From an uncultured bacterium (GTDB lineage Bacteria > Patescibacteriota > Minisyncoccia > Phycocordibacterales > UBA918), in NCBI GenBank assembly GCA_950073265.1, contig CATMPJ010000002.1, forward strand, positions 2,638 through 66,637: a stretch of DNA of 64,000 bases. Direction: 5' to 3'. Position 1 is the first letter of the stretch. Every line of letters starts with the position of its first letter. Positions 48,922 through 57,202 of the stretch are shown here, one piece after another. The position numbers and the translations under genes are program-made. The notes under the pieces were generated by a model. The model did no database searches, had not been told where the DNA came from, and saw nothing but the letters and a program-made list of their open reading frames with translations.

Positions 48922-49653
48922 ATGTACAGAGCGTCAAACACGTTTTCTGTACCTCAAGCTGTAACTACAACAGTCTTTGTAGTATTGGGACTGTCATTAC
49001 TCAACTTGTTGGTGTTTCGCTTTGCGGAAGCAACTAATCTAGAGGTTGTAACAGCTCCTGACACCTCAGCAGATGTAGGGGATGGTGTTCAAACTGACGC
49101 CGAACTCACATTCTTTGTTACTGGTGTAACTGCCGGCACGGTAGTTGGCGAAAATGTAACAAAAGATGACACTGCGGCAACTGTCGTTCCGTTTGGATCA
49201 CTTGCTGTTGATGAGGCGGCAACCGCTGCACAGCAGTTGGCAGTAGAGACAAGCTCCCCACAAGGGTTTGCTGTAACGGTTCAAACCAATCGACAGCTAA
49301 CGTCGGAAACGAAAGAAGCGGTCATAGATGGATACATTGGTGGTACTTATATCGATGTGCCCACTGCTTGGACTAGTCCAGTCCCAGTTCCAGGTTCCGA
49401 AAATACATACGGTCACTGGGGTATCTCTTCAGATGATACAACAGATATGCCAATGAATTTCGCAAATGCTTCTCATTTCGTTTCCGCCTCTACATCACCC
49501 ACTACTGTTTTTAATGGAAATGGGTCAACAGTTGAGACGGCTGGCGATAAAAATACTGCAACAGTAATCTATAAAGCAGAGGTTTCTGCTTTACAGGAAG
49601 TTAGTAATGACTACACTGCCCAAGTCACTTACGTGGCTACGCCAAAAATCTAG
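48922..49653 (+). CDS. secreted WxL/pilin-like beta-sandwich protein
   Basis: Signal/TM, L.F.V, FG.L, L.V.T....G..V, C-terminal DYTAQVTYVATP strand. Confidence 0.65.
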   Translation: MYRASNTFSVPQAVTTTVFVVLGLSLLNLLVFRFAEATNLEVVTAPDTSADVGDGVQTDAELTFFVTGVTAGTVVGENVTKDDTAATVVPFGSLAVDEAATAAQQLAVETSSPQGFAVTVQTNRQLTSETKEAVIDGYIGGTYIDVPTAWTSPVPVPGSENTYGHWGISSDDTTDMPMNFANASHFVSASTSPTTVFNGNGSTVETAGDKNTATVIYKAEVSALQEVSNDYTAQVTYVATPKI

Positions 49654-49683
49654 CTACTCACACTAATGTAAAGCTTGGGGTTG

Positions 49684-49719
49684 CAAAAAACCTATCTCCC
49701 ACCACGAGAGGGTTTTTTG
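49684..49719 (+). terminator. intrinsic terminator
   Basis: CAAAAAACC..TCTC...GAGA.GGTTTTTTG. Confidence 0.65.
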
Positions 49720-49754
49720 TTTGGTGACAAGTGACATACTGCTATACTGTGTAT

Positions 49755-49856
49755 ATGGAACAAAAAGTTGTAGCATTGTTGATTGTCATCTTCTCTTTAT
49801 TAGTTGGCGGCATGCTAGTGTATGCTTTTTTACTGGGTCTTGAGAAGAGTATATAG
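49755..49856 (+). CDS. 33-aa single-TM peptide (MEQKVVALLIVIFSLLVGGMLVYAFLLGLEKSI)
   Basis: TGcTATACT 6 nt upstream of ATG, hydrophobic; below the ORF-track cutoff. Confidence 0.55.
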   Translation: MEQKVVALLIVIFSLLVGGMLVYAFLLGLEKSI

Positions 49857-49979
49857 ACCCAGACTTTCTTTATTGTTGAGAAAGCTAGCAGGTGTTTGGG
49901 AGCATTTCATGATGAGCGTGATTTGACTATCACCGGTCCACGTTTTTGAAATGAGTTATTTAGTCTATAATAAGCACAT

Positions 49980-51035
49980 ATGTCATTGAGTCGGATTGTT
50001 GAGTATGTATTCTTTTTTGGACTACTCTTATTCTCGGGCTATCTAGTGTGGCAAATAGCTGCACCTTTTATAACCGCCTTAGCGTTGTCGGCAATCATTG
50101 TAACGATTTGCCAACCGCTGCATACTAAAATTCTTTCTATCACACCACGACGCAATGAAACACTTGCGGCATTTTTGAGCACTCTTACAGTGTTGTTGGT
50201 TTTGATTTTGCCTTTATTTTTACTAACCTCACTGCTCGTCAGTCAAATTGTAAGTTTCTATCAAGAATTAAGCGGAACCGGGGCGGGGGAAGTTACTGCT
50301 TTTATCGAGTCACTCGAGGCCAGTCTCGCCATGTACATACCTGGTTTCAACGTCAATCTGTTAAATGTAACTCAACAAACAGCTGGTTGGTTTGCAGAAA
50401 ATCTAGGCTCAATATTTGCGGGTACCATTTCAACTCTCTTTACTTTTTTTATTGCCATGATTGGTGCCTTTTATTTCTTCCGCGATGGCAATCAGATGCT
50501 AGAGTTGCTAGTTAAGGCTAGTCCGCTACCAGACAATGAAGACAGAATTATCGTCGCCCGAACTGCCAGAGCAGTTCGGGCAGTGGCCACTGGTACCTTA
50601 TTGCTTGCTGTTATTCAAGGAACGTTGGTTGCAGTCGGTTTTGCAGTCGTTGGAATTCAAAACGCTATTCTGTGGGGTTCGCTCGCGTCAGTGGGAGCAT
50701 TGATGCCGGGCATTGGGACTGCTGTGGTGACAGTCCCAGCGATTATAATTTTATTTGCGACAGGGCAGGTATGGCAGGCTGGTCTCCTCTTAATCTGGGC
50801 TTCCTTAGTCGTTGGTCTGGTAGATAATTTTGTGGGTCCGTACTTAATTGGTCGCGGCAACAACATGCATCCATTTATTATTCTTATTTCTGTGTTGGGA
50901 GGAATATCGGCGTTTGGTCCGATTGGATTTATTGTAGGTCCCGTTATCGTGACATTATTTTTCATTTTACTTGAAATATATAACCAATACATTATAAAAG
51001 AACAACGTATAACCGAATTAGATGAAGTCGTATGA
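49980..51035 (+). CDS. AI-2E family transporter
   Basis: FYFFRDG, QG.L...G, P.IG, DN...P, MHP....S..GG...FG..G..GP. Confidence 0.92.
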   Translation: MSLSRIVEYVFFFGLLLFSGYLVWQIAAPFITALALSAIIVTICQPLHTKILSITPRRNETLAAFLSTLTVLLVLILPLFLLTSLLVSQIVSFYQELSGTGAGEVTAFIESLEASLAMYIPGFNVNLLNVTQQTAGWFAENLGSIFAGTISTLFTFFIAMIGAFYFFRDGNQMLELLVKASPLPDNEDRIIVARTARAVRAVATGTLLLAVIQGTLVAVGFAVVGIQNAILWGSLASVGALMPGIGTAVVTVPAIIILFATGQVWQAGLLLIWASLVVGLVDNFVGPYLIGRGNNMHPFIILISVLGGISAFGPIGFIVGPVIVTLFFILLEIYNQYIIKEQRITELDEVV

Positions 51036-51460
51036 TGAGTCGTGACCAATTAGAAAAGCTTCTGAAGCTTAATGGCCTTGAGCCAACAGCCAAAGATGAG
51101 GAGATTAAGTCAATTTTGCTTAGTGCTCGCTATAATAATGACGAAGTTGATACTGCGATAATGATTCTCCGTGAGAATGTGAACAGCCATAAAACTAAAG
51201 TGGATGGTTTACATAAGGTGTTTCGAACCGACACAGCACTTAATTCCGCAGAGATTTCTTCACTGCTCGGCATTGATGTGGATTTAGAACACCATGTAAA
51301 TGCTGGCGCTAGTGCCAGGCAATTTACTATTATGAGCCAGACTATTCTGTTCCTTATTTCGATCATTATCGGCATTGTTGGTGTGTTGGTCTACATGTAT
51401 ATTTTTCATATTGGCATCTTTCACCCGTCCTCAGCCATCGCTGCGCCACTTTTAAAATGA
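51032..51460 (+). CDS. hypothetical protein with C-terminal TM
   Basis: Translationally coupled (ATGA overlaps) on both sides. Confidence 0.75.
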   Translation: MMSRDQLEKLLKLNGLEPTAKDEEIKSILLSARYNNDEVDTAIMILRENVNSHKTKVDGLHKVFRTDTALNSAEISSLLGIDVDLEHHVNAGASARQFTIMSQTILFLISIIIGIVGVLVYMYIFHIGIFHPSSAIAAPLLK

Positions 51461-52587
51461 AACAAATAGTAGTCGCTCTGTTGGGTGGTGTGCTTTTTGT
51501 CCAAATCATTCAACTAGAATCACCCTATACTTTTCCGGAGACAGCCATTGGTGCAATCTCTCCAATCACAGAAGTGGCTATGGATGTTCCAAACATTTCC
51601 CAGTTTATTTCAAAGCGTATTGCAAACCGAGCAGCAACAGAAAAGTATGATTCGGTCTTGTTTGTAGGTGACGTCATGCTGGCTCGCAATGTCGAGGTGC
51701 TTTCTAAAAGGTATGGGTATGAGTACCCTTACGCTGGTCTCTCGCTGCGAGCCCTCGGAAATAATCCAGCTGTATTCGCAAACTTCGAGTCAGCGTCGGC
51801 GCCTACGCACTCACTTACACCAGCATATACTATGCGCTTCTCTACCAATCCAGTTTTGCTTCCAGCTTTAGCAGCGTCTGGCTATACGCACGTGTCTTTA
51901 GCAAATAATCATACTTTCGATTATGGTATTGCTGGTTACGAGCAGGCGATTTCAGGATTAGAAGCAGTAGGCATTGAAACAGTAGGCTGCCCTAATACCG
52001 TTTCCTGCGTGCGTGCTTCGCATCTGTATGTGGATGGAGTGCGTGTTTCAGTCATTGCTGTTGAGGATGTCGCAACAAAGTTACAACTTTCCGAAACCAC
52101 TTCTTTATTACATGAAGTGTCTAAATCTTCTGATATACAAGTTGTATACATACATTGGGGCAACGAGTACGAGCTAACTAACAGCAGACAGCAACGACAA
52201 TTGGCTGAAGAAATGGTTGCCGCTGGTGCGGACTTGATAGTTGGCCATCACCCGCATGTGGTACAAAACGTAGAGGTAATTGACGGCGTGCCAGTTTTTT
52301 ACTCACTGGGTAACTATATATTTGATCAGTATTTTAGTACTGAAGTTATGGAAGGCTTGGTGTTAAAATTAGAAGTGAAACCCGAACCCAAGGTCACTCT
52401 ATACCCGGTAAGCACAGCGGCTGGTTTGTCCCAACCAAGTCTCATGGAAGGTAACGAAAAAATATCTTTTCTTCACAGTCTCGGGCAACGCTCTGGCGAT
52501 GTGGCGTCGCATATAGTGCAAAGAGAAATAGCGTTACCGGAATGGTTGGCAATGCGACAAAAAACGGCTATGATTACTAAACAATGA
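51457..52587 (+). CDS. CapA/PgsA-family metallophosphoesterase
   Basis: GDVML, NFE, LANNH, IHWG.EY, GHHPHV, YSLGN. Confidence 0.92.
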   Translation: MKQIVVALLGGVLFVQIIQLESPYTFPETAIGAISPITEVAMDVPNISQFISKRIANRAATEKYDSVLFVGDVMLARNVEVLSKRYGYEYPYAGLSLRALGNNPAVFANFESASAPTHSLTPAYTMRFSTNPVLLPALAASGYTHVSLANNHTFDYGIAGYEQAISGLEAVGIETVGCPNTVSCVRASHLYVDGVRVSVIAVEDVATKLQLSETTSLLHEVSKSSDIQVVYIHWGNEYELTNSRQQRQLAEEMVAAGADLIVGHHPHVVQNVEVIDGVPVFYSLGNYIFDQYFSTEVMEGLVLKLEVKPEPKVTLYPVSTAAGLSQPSLMEGNEKISFLHSLGQRSGDVASHIVQREIALPEWLAMRQKTAMITKQ

Positions 52588-53084
52588 TGTTTAAACGCGC
52601 AGAAATTATTGTCGGTATGATAAGCGTTGTCTGTATCGTTTTTGCGTTTCTTTTAGTCCAGTCAAGACCATTAGTGTCTGCAGAGGGTGCGGTTAGTCAA
52701 GCGACTGCAGTGCAAGCTGGATTAGTTAATGAGCAAGAAGAGCTCATGAATAATGAAAATCAACAAAATATGAACGTACAAGATATAAAAGTAGGGACAG
52801 GTAGTGCAGTTGAAGACGGCGATACGGTTGTGGTGCACTACAGTGGTCGGTTAGAAAATGGGCAAGAGTTTGATAATTCACAAAAGCGCGGCGCGCCACT
52901 TGAGTTTACAGTCGGAGCGGGACAGGTGATTGCAGGTTGGGAGCAGGGTCTTTTGGGGATGAAAGTTGGGGGTGAGCGCGTTTTAAACATCCCGCCTGAA
53001 CTAGCCTACGGGGAGCAGGGTATTGGTCCTATTCCTGGCGGTGCAACCTTAACGTTCACTATTGAGCTACTGGAAATCAAGTAA
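52584..53084 (+). CDS. FKBP-type peptidyl-prolyl isomerase, membrane-anchored
   Basis: VHYSG.L.NG..FD.S, VIAGWEQG, IPPELAYG, IP..ATL.F.IEL. Confidence 0.95.
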   Translation: MMFKRAEIIVGMISVVCIVFAFLLVQSRPLVSAEGAVSQATAVQAGLVNEQEELMNNENQQNMNVQDIKVGTGSAVEDGDTVVVHYSGRLENGQEFDNSQKRGAPLEFTVGAGQVIAGWEQGLLGMKVGGERVLNIPPELAYGEQGIGPIPGGATLTFTIELLEIK

Positions 53085-54286
53085 TGCAGAACCCCGCGAT
53101 ATCTTTTGAAATAGTTAAGAGACAGCCCGGCACTTTAGGCCGGGCTGGTGTTATTCATACTCCGCACGGTGATATTGAGACACCCGCTTTCGTCGTGGTT
53201 GGTACCAAAGGTACGGTCAAAAGTATCAAGCCTGAAGATATGGCTACGTACGTTGGCAACCAGGTTGCGTTAGCCAACACCTACCATTTATTTCTTCAAC
53301 CTGGCGATGACGTTGTGCGCGATGCTGGAGGATTGCATCAGTTTGCACATTGGGATTTACCAACGATGACTGACAGTGGGGGCTTCCAGGTTTTCTCACT
53401 CGGTGCCGCGTTTGGTAAAGGAGTGACTAAATTTGCTAAAGGAGAGGTTACTGAATCTCAGGAAAAGACGGAATTGAACGTGTACTCCAAAGAGGTTGCC
53501 GCAGAGCACGGAAAATTATGTGTAATTGATGACGAGGGCGTAACTTTCACGTCACACTTGGATGGCTCAATGCACCGCTTTACTGCTGAGCGATCAATCG
53601 ATATTCAGCATAATATTGGTGCCGATATTATTGTGGCATTTGATGAGTGTACGAGCCCTACAGCAGACAAAGAATATCAGCGGGAAGCGATGGAGCGCAC
53701 GCACCGCTGGGCCAAACGCAGTATTTTGGCACACAAGCAAAATTACGAAGCCCTTAAAAAACAAGGTCTATATGGCGTTGTGCAAGGGGGGAGACATCTT
53801 GATTTGCGGAAAGAAAGCGCAACGGTATTGTCAGCAATGGATTTTGACGGCTTTGGTATAGGAGGGAGTTTTTCTAAAGAAGATTTAGGTGAGGCGTTGC
53901 GGGTGGTAAATGAGGTATTGCCAGAAGATAAACCACGTCATTTGCTTGGTATCGGTGAACCGGAAGACATCATTGAAGGGGTGCGACTGGGTTGCGATAC
54001 GTTTGATTGTGTAGCTCCGACACGAATTGCTCGCACTGGAACTATTTATGAGCGCACCAACGAAGGTCATCGACGGACGAATTTATTAAATGCCAAATAT
54101 ACCAGAGACTCTGGGAAGCCAGATGAGTCATGTGATTGTTATGTCTGTCAAAACTATACCAAAGCGTATCTGGCTCACCTTTTTCGGTCGCGCGAAATGC
54201 TCGGTCCACACTTAGCGTCGCTTCATAATCTCTACTACATTGTTAATTTCACAAAGCGACTGCGAGAGACTATACTCAATACATAA
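53084..54286 (+). CDS. tgt: tRNA-guanine transglycosylase
   Basis: TP.F..VGT, ANTYHL, DSGGFQ, DEC, VQGG, D.FDCV.PTR, CDC..C/H zinc site. Confidence 0.95.
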   Translation: MQNPAISFEIVKRQPGTLGRAGVIHTPHGDIETPAFVVVGTKGTVKSIKPEDMATYVGNQVALANTYHLFLQPGDDVVRDAGGLHQFAHWDLPTMTDSGGFQVFSLGAAFGKGVTKFAKGEVTESQEKTELNVYSKEVAAEHGKLCVIDDEGVTFTSHLDGSMHRFTAERSIDIQHNIGADIIVAFDECTSPTADKEYQREAMERTHRWAKRSILAHKQNYEALKKQGLYGVVQGGRHLDLRKESATVLSAMDFDGFGIGGSFSKEDLGEALRVVNEVLPEDKPRHLLGIGEPEDIIEGVRLGCDTFDCVAPTRIARTGTIYERTNEGHRRTNLLNAKYTRDSGKPDESCDCYVCQNYTKAYLAHLFRSREMLGPHLASLHNLYYIVNFTKRLRETILNT

Positions 54287-54289
54287 TCT

Positions 54290-56305
54290 ATGGCATTTGA
54301 AATTAGCACAGATAAGACGCCGGCTGGTGATCAGCCAAAAGCCATTGAATCTTTGGTTAATGGTATTAACACTGGTGAGCAACATCAGGTACTTTTGGGG
54401 GTGACGGGTTCTGGTAAAACCTTTACTGGAGCCAACGTGATTCAACAAATTCAGAAGCCTACCTTAGTAATTGCCCACAACAAGACACTGGCTGCTCAGT
54501 TGGCACAAGAATACCGCGATTTTTTTCCTAATAACGCAGTGCACTACTTTGTTTCGTATTACGACTACTATCAGCCAGAGGCGTACATGCCTACCTCTGA
54601 TACCTACATTGAAAAAGAAGCTCAGATTAATGAAGAGATCGATCGCTTACGCCACGCCTCTACTCAAGCGCTGCTGACACGTGAAGACGTGATAATTGTT
54701 GCATCAGTATCATGTATTTATGGACTCGGAGCACCGGCCGAGTACTTGAAGAAGCACTTAAAAATTGAAAAGGGTTTTCAAACCACTCGAACAGAGATGT
54801 TACGCACTTTGGTTGACATGTATTTTGAACGTACTACTGCCGATCTGAATCCGGGCCAGTTCCGAGCAGTTGGAAACACGGTTGAAATTATGCCAACTAA
54901 TGAACGGGTAATCTACCGTCTTGGCTTTTCCGGGCCTGCTATTGGCTCCATCACCAAAATTGATGGTGTGACACGTGAAGTCATTGGTGAACCAGAAGTA
55001 TTTTTCTTATTTCCAGCCAAACATTTTGTGACTCCTGAAGATGAGCGCAAAGTGGCCATGCAAGACATTAAACTGGAACTTGATGAGCAGCTAGCAAAGT
55101 TTAAAGAGGAAGGTAAGTTGCTTGAAGCAGAGCGATTAAAACGCCGTACAGAGCACGATTTGGCCCTGATTCGTGAAGTCGGGTACTGTAATGGTATTGA
55201 GAATTATTCACGGCATTTTGACCGACGCAAGCCAGGTGAAGCGCCGTATACGTTGCTATCATATTTTCCTCACAAAGAAGACGGTACACCAGATTTTCTT
55301 ACTATCATTGATGAGTCGCACGTCACCGTGCCACAACTTAATGGTATGTATGCTGGTGACCGATCGCGCAAAGATACGCTTGTCGAACACGGTTTTCGCT
55401 TGCCGAGTGCGGTTGATAACAGGCCGCTGCGCTTTGCGGAGTTTGAAGAGCGCGTGGGACAGATCATTTACACGACCGCTACTCCTGGCAAATATGAACT
55501 GAAAAAGATTGCGGACGCTGGTTTAGAACCGGTGGAGCAAATCATTCGACCGACCGGATTGGTGGATCCAAAAATCGACATGCGACCGGTAACCGGTACA
55601 ACGGAGTATCCTGGTCAAATTAAAGATTTTATCACTGAAGCCGAAGAGACAATCAAGCGAGGGGCCCGAGTGCTGGTGACCACACTCACGAAGCAGATGG
55701 CCGAAGACCTGACTGATTTTCTTGAGGAAAAAAACATTAAAACTAAGTACATACACAGCGATGTCGAAACTATCGAACGGATTGAGATTTTGACGGATTT
55801 CAGAAAAGGAATATTTGATTGTTTGGTTGGTGTAAACCTGTTACGGGAAGGATTAGATTTGCCAGAAGTGGAGTTGGTGGCGATTCTTGATGCAGACAAG
55901 TCAGGCTTTCTAAGAAGTGAAACCGCTCTCATTCAAACTATTGGTCGAGCAGCTCGAAACGTAGATGGGCGAGTGATTTTATACGCGGACGAAATGACAG
56001 AAGCGCTCGAATACGCGGTTGGTGAGACAAATCGTCGGCGGGAACTACAGCTTGCGTATAACAAGGAACATAAGATTACACCTAAGACAATTGCTAAGGA
56101 AATAAAGTCTATTGCTGATCAGATGCGCACACAACATGATGAAACAGTTGATGAGCTATTGAGGGTAGACATAGAGTTGTACAAGAAGAATCCTAAAAAA
56201 TTCCTAAAAGAAAAGCGTCGGCAAATGGAAGAGGCGGTTTCTCTGCTTGATTTTGAAACTGCAGCTGTGATACGTGACGAAATCAAGTATTTTGAAAAAC
56301 TGTAG
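54290..56305 (+). CDS. uvrB: excinuclease ABC subunit B
   Basis: GVTGSGKT, YYDYYQPEAY beta-hairpin, DESH, NLLREGLD, GRAAR, UVR tail. Confidence 0.98.
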   Translation: MAFEISTDKTPAGDQPKAIESLVNGINTGEQHQVLLGVTGSGKTFTGANVIQQIQKPTLVIAHNKTLAAQLAQEYRDFFPNNAVHYFVSYYDYYQPEAYMPTSDTYIEKEAQINEEIDRLRHASTQALLTREDVIIVASVSCIYGLGAPAEYLKKHLKIEKGFQTTRTEMLRTLVDMYFERTTADLNPGQFRAVGNTVEIMPTNERVIYRLGFSGPAIGSITKIDGVTREVIGEPEVFFLFPAKHFVTPEDERKVAMQDIKLELDEQLAKFKEEGKLLEAERLKRRTEHDLALIREVGYCNGIENYSRHFDRRKPGEAPYTLLSYFPHKEDGTPDFLTIIDESHVTVPQLNGMYAGDRSRKDTLVEHGFRLPSAVDNRPLRFAEFEERVGQIIYTTATPGKYELKKIADAGLEPVEQIIRPTGLVDPKIDMRPVTGTTEYPGQIKDFITEAEETIKRGARVLVTTLTKQMAEDLTDFLEEKNIKTKYIHSDVETIERIEILTDFRKGIFDCLVGVNLLREGLDLPEVELVAILDADKSGFLRSETALIQTIGRAARNVDGRVILYADEMTEALEYAVGETNRRRELQLAYNKEHKITPKTIAKEIKSIADQMRTQHDETVDELLRVDIELYKKNPKKFLKEKRRQMEEAVSLLDFETAAVIRDEIKYFEKL

Positions 56306-56349
56306 GAAAACTTATTTTAATAGGTGGCAAGGGTGATACTATTACCAGT

Positions 56350-57147
56350 ATGGACAATCGTGAGGTAATTGTGGTCTCAGATACACCTGAGAAACCCTAT
56401 CTACAGAGTATTCTTGAGAAAATCGCTGCTGCAGGCCATAAGATTAGTAAACAAAAACTATCTGAAGTTAATATAAAGGAGTGTGAGGCAAGTAAGTGTG
56501 TACTGATACTTGATATGACCGCTGACGCCGCTGAGAAAGTCACTTTTTTGGAGCGCCTCCAAAAAATGAATATCACACAAGATGTTTCAACTTTTCCGAT
56601 TATTGCTTCTGGGACAGACACTGACACAAATGAATTACTTGAAAAAGGGGCGGCAGATGTCTTAATTGAGAACCAGGGTGTAGAAAGAGCTCTTCTCAAG
56701 CTAGGCCAATCAATCGACATGAATTTACTGCCGAACGATACTGATTTAAATATTTCGACCACGCCGATACCAAAAGCTTTAAAAAACATTAAGGTCCTGG
56801 TGATTGAAGACGACGTTTTGCTTAGAAACCTCTTAACAACCCGTCTGGAACAAGCAAACATAAAATGTGAATTTTCTACTGATGGCATCGACGTTCCGAC
56901 AATAATAAATAGCTATCAGCCATCAGTTATTTTGCTAGATATCATGTTGCCGGGCAAAGACGGTTTAGACGTACTTCAAGAAGTAAGAGACGCAGGACAT
57001 ACAAATGTTCCGGTGATTGTATTCTCAAATCGTGACGAACAGTCAGATAGAAAACGAGCTGAAGAGTTAGGGGCTAAAGAATATTACGTTAAAGCGATGA
57101 CCGATCTTTCAGATCTCGTTAAGACCATTGAAGCTATTGCTGCTTAA
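56350..57147 (+). CDS. response regulator: degenerate receiver plus receiver, no output domain
   Basis: C-terminal VLVIEDD, LLDIMLP, FSN, VK. Confidence 0.85.
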   Translation: MDNREVIVVSDTPEKPYLQSILEKIAAAGHKISKQKLSEVNIKECEASKCVLILDMTADAAEKVTFLERLQKMNITQDVSTFPIIASGTDTDTNELLEKGAADVLIENQGVERALLKLGQSIDMNLLPNDTDLNISTTPIPKALKNIKVLVIEDDVLLRNLLTTRLEQANIKCEFSTDGIDVPTIINSYQPSVILLDIMLPGKDGLDVLQEVRDAGHTNVPVIVFSNRDEQSDRKRAEELGAKEYYVKAMTDLSDLVKTIEAIAA

Positions 57148-57202
57148 TTATCGACAGTTTTAAACAGCCAAGGGACGTGGTTGCTATATACTATGAATAA
57201 GT

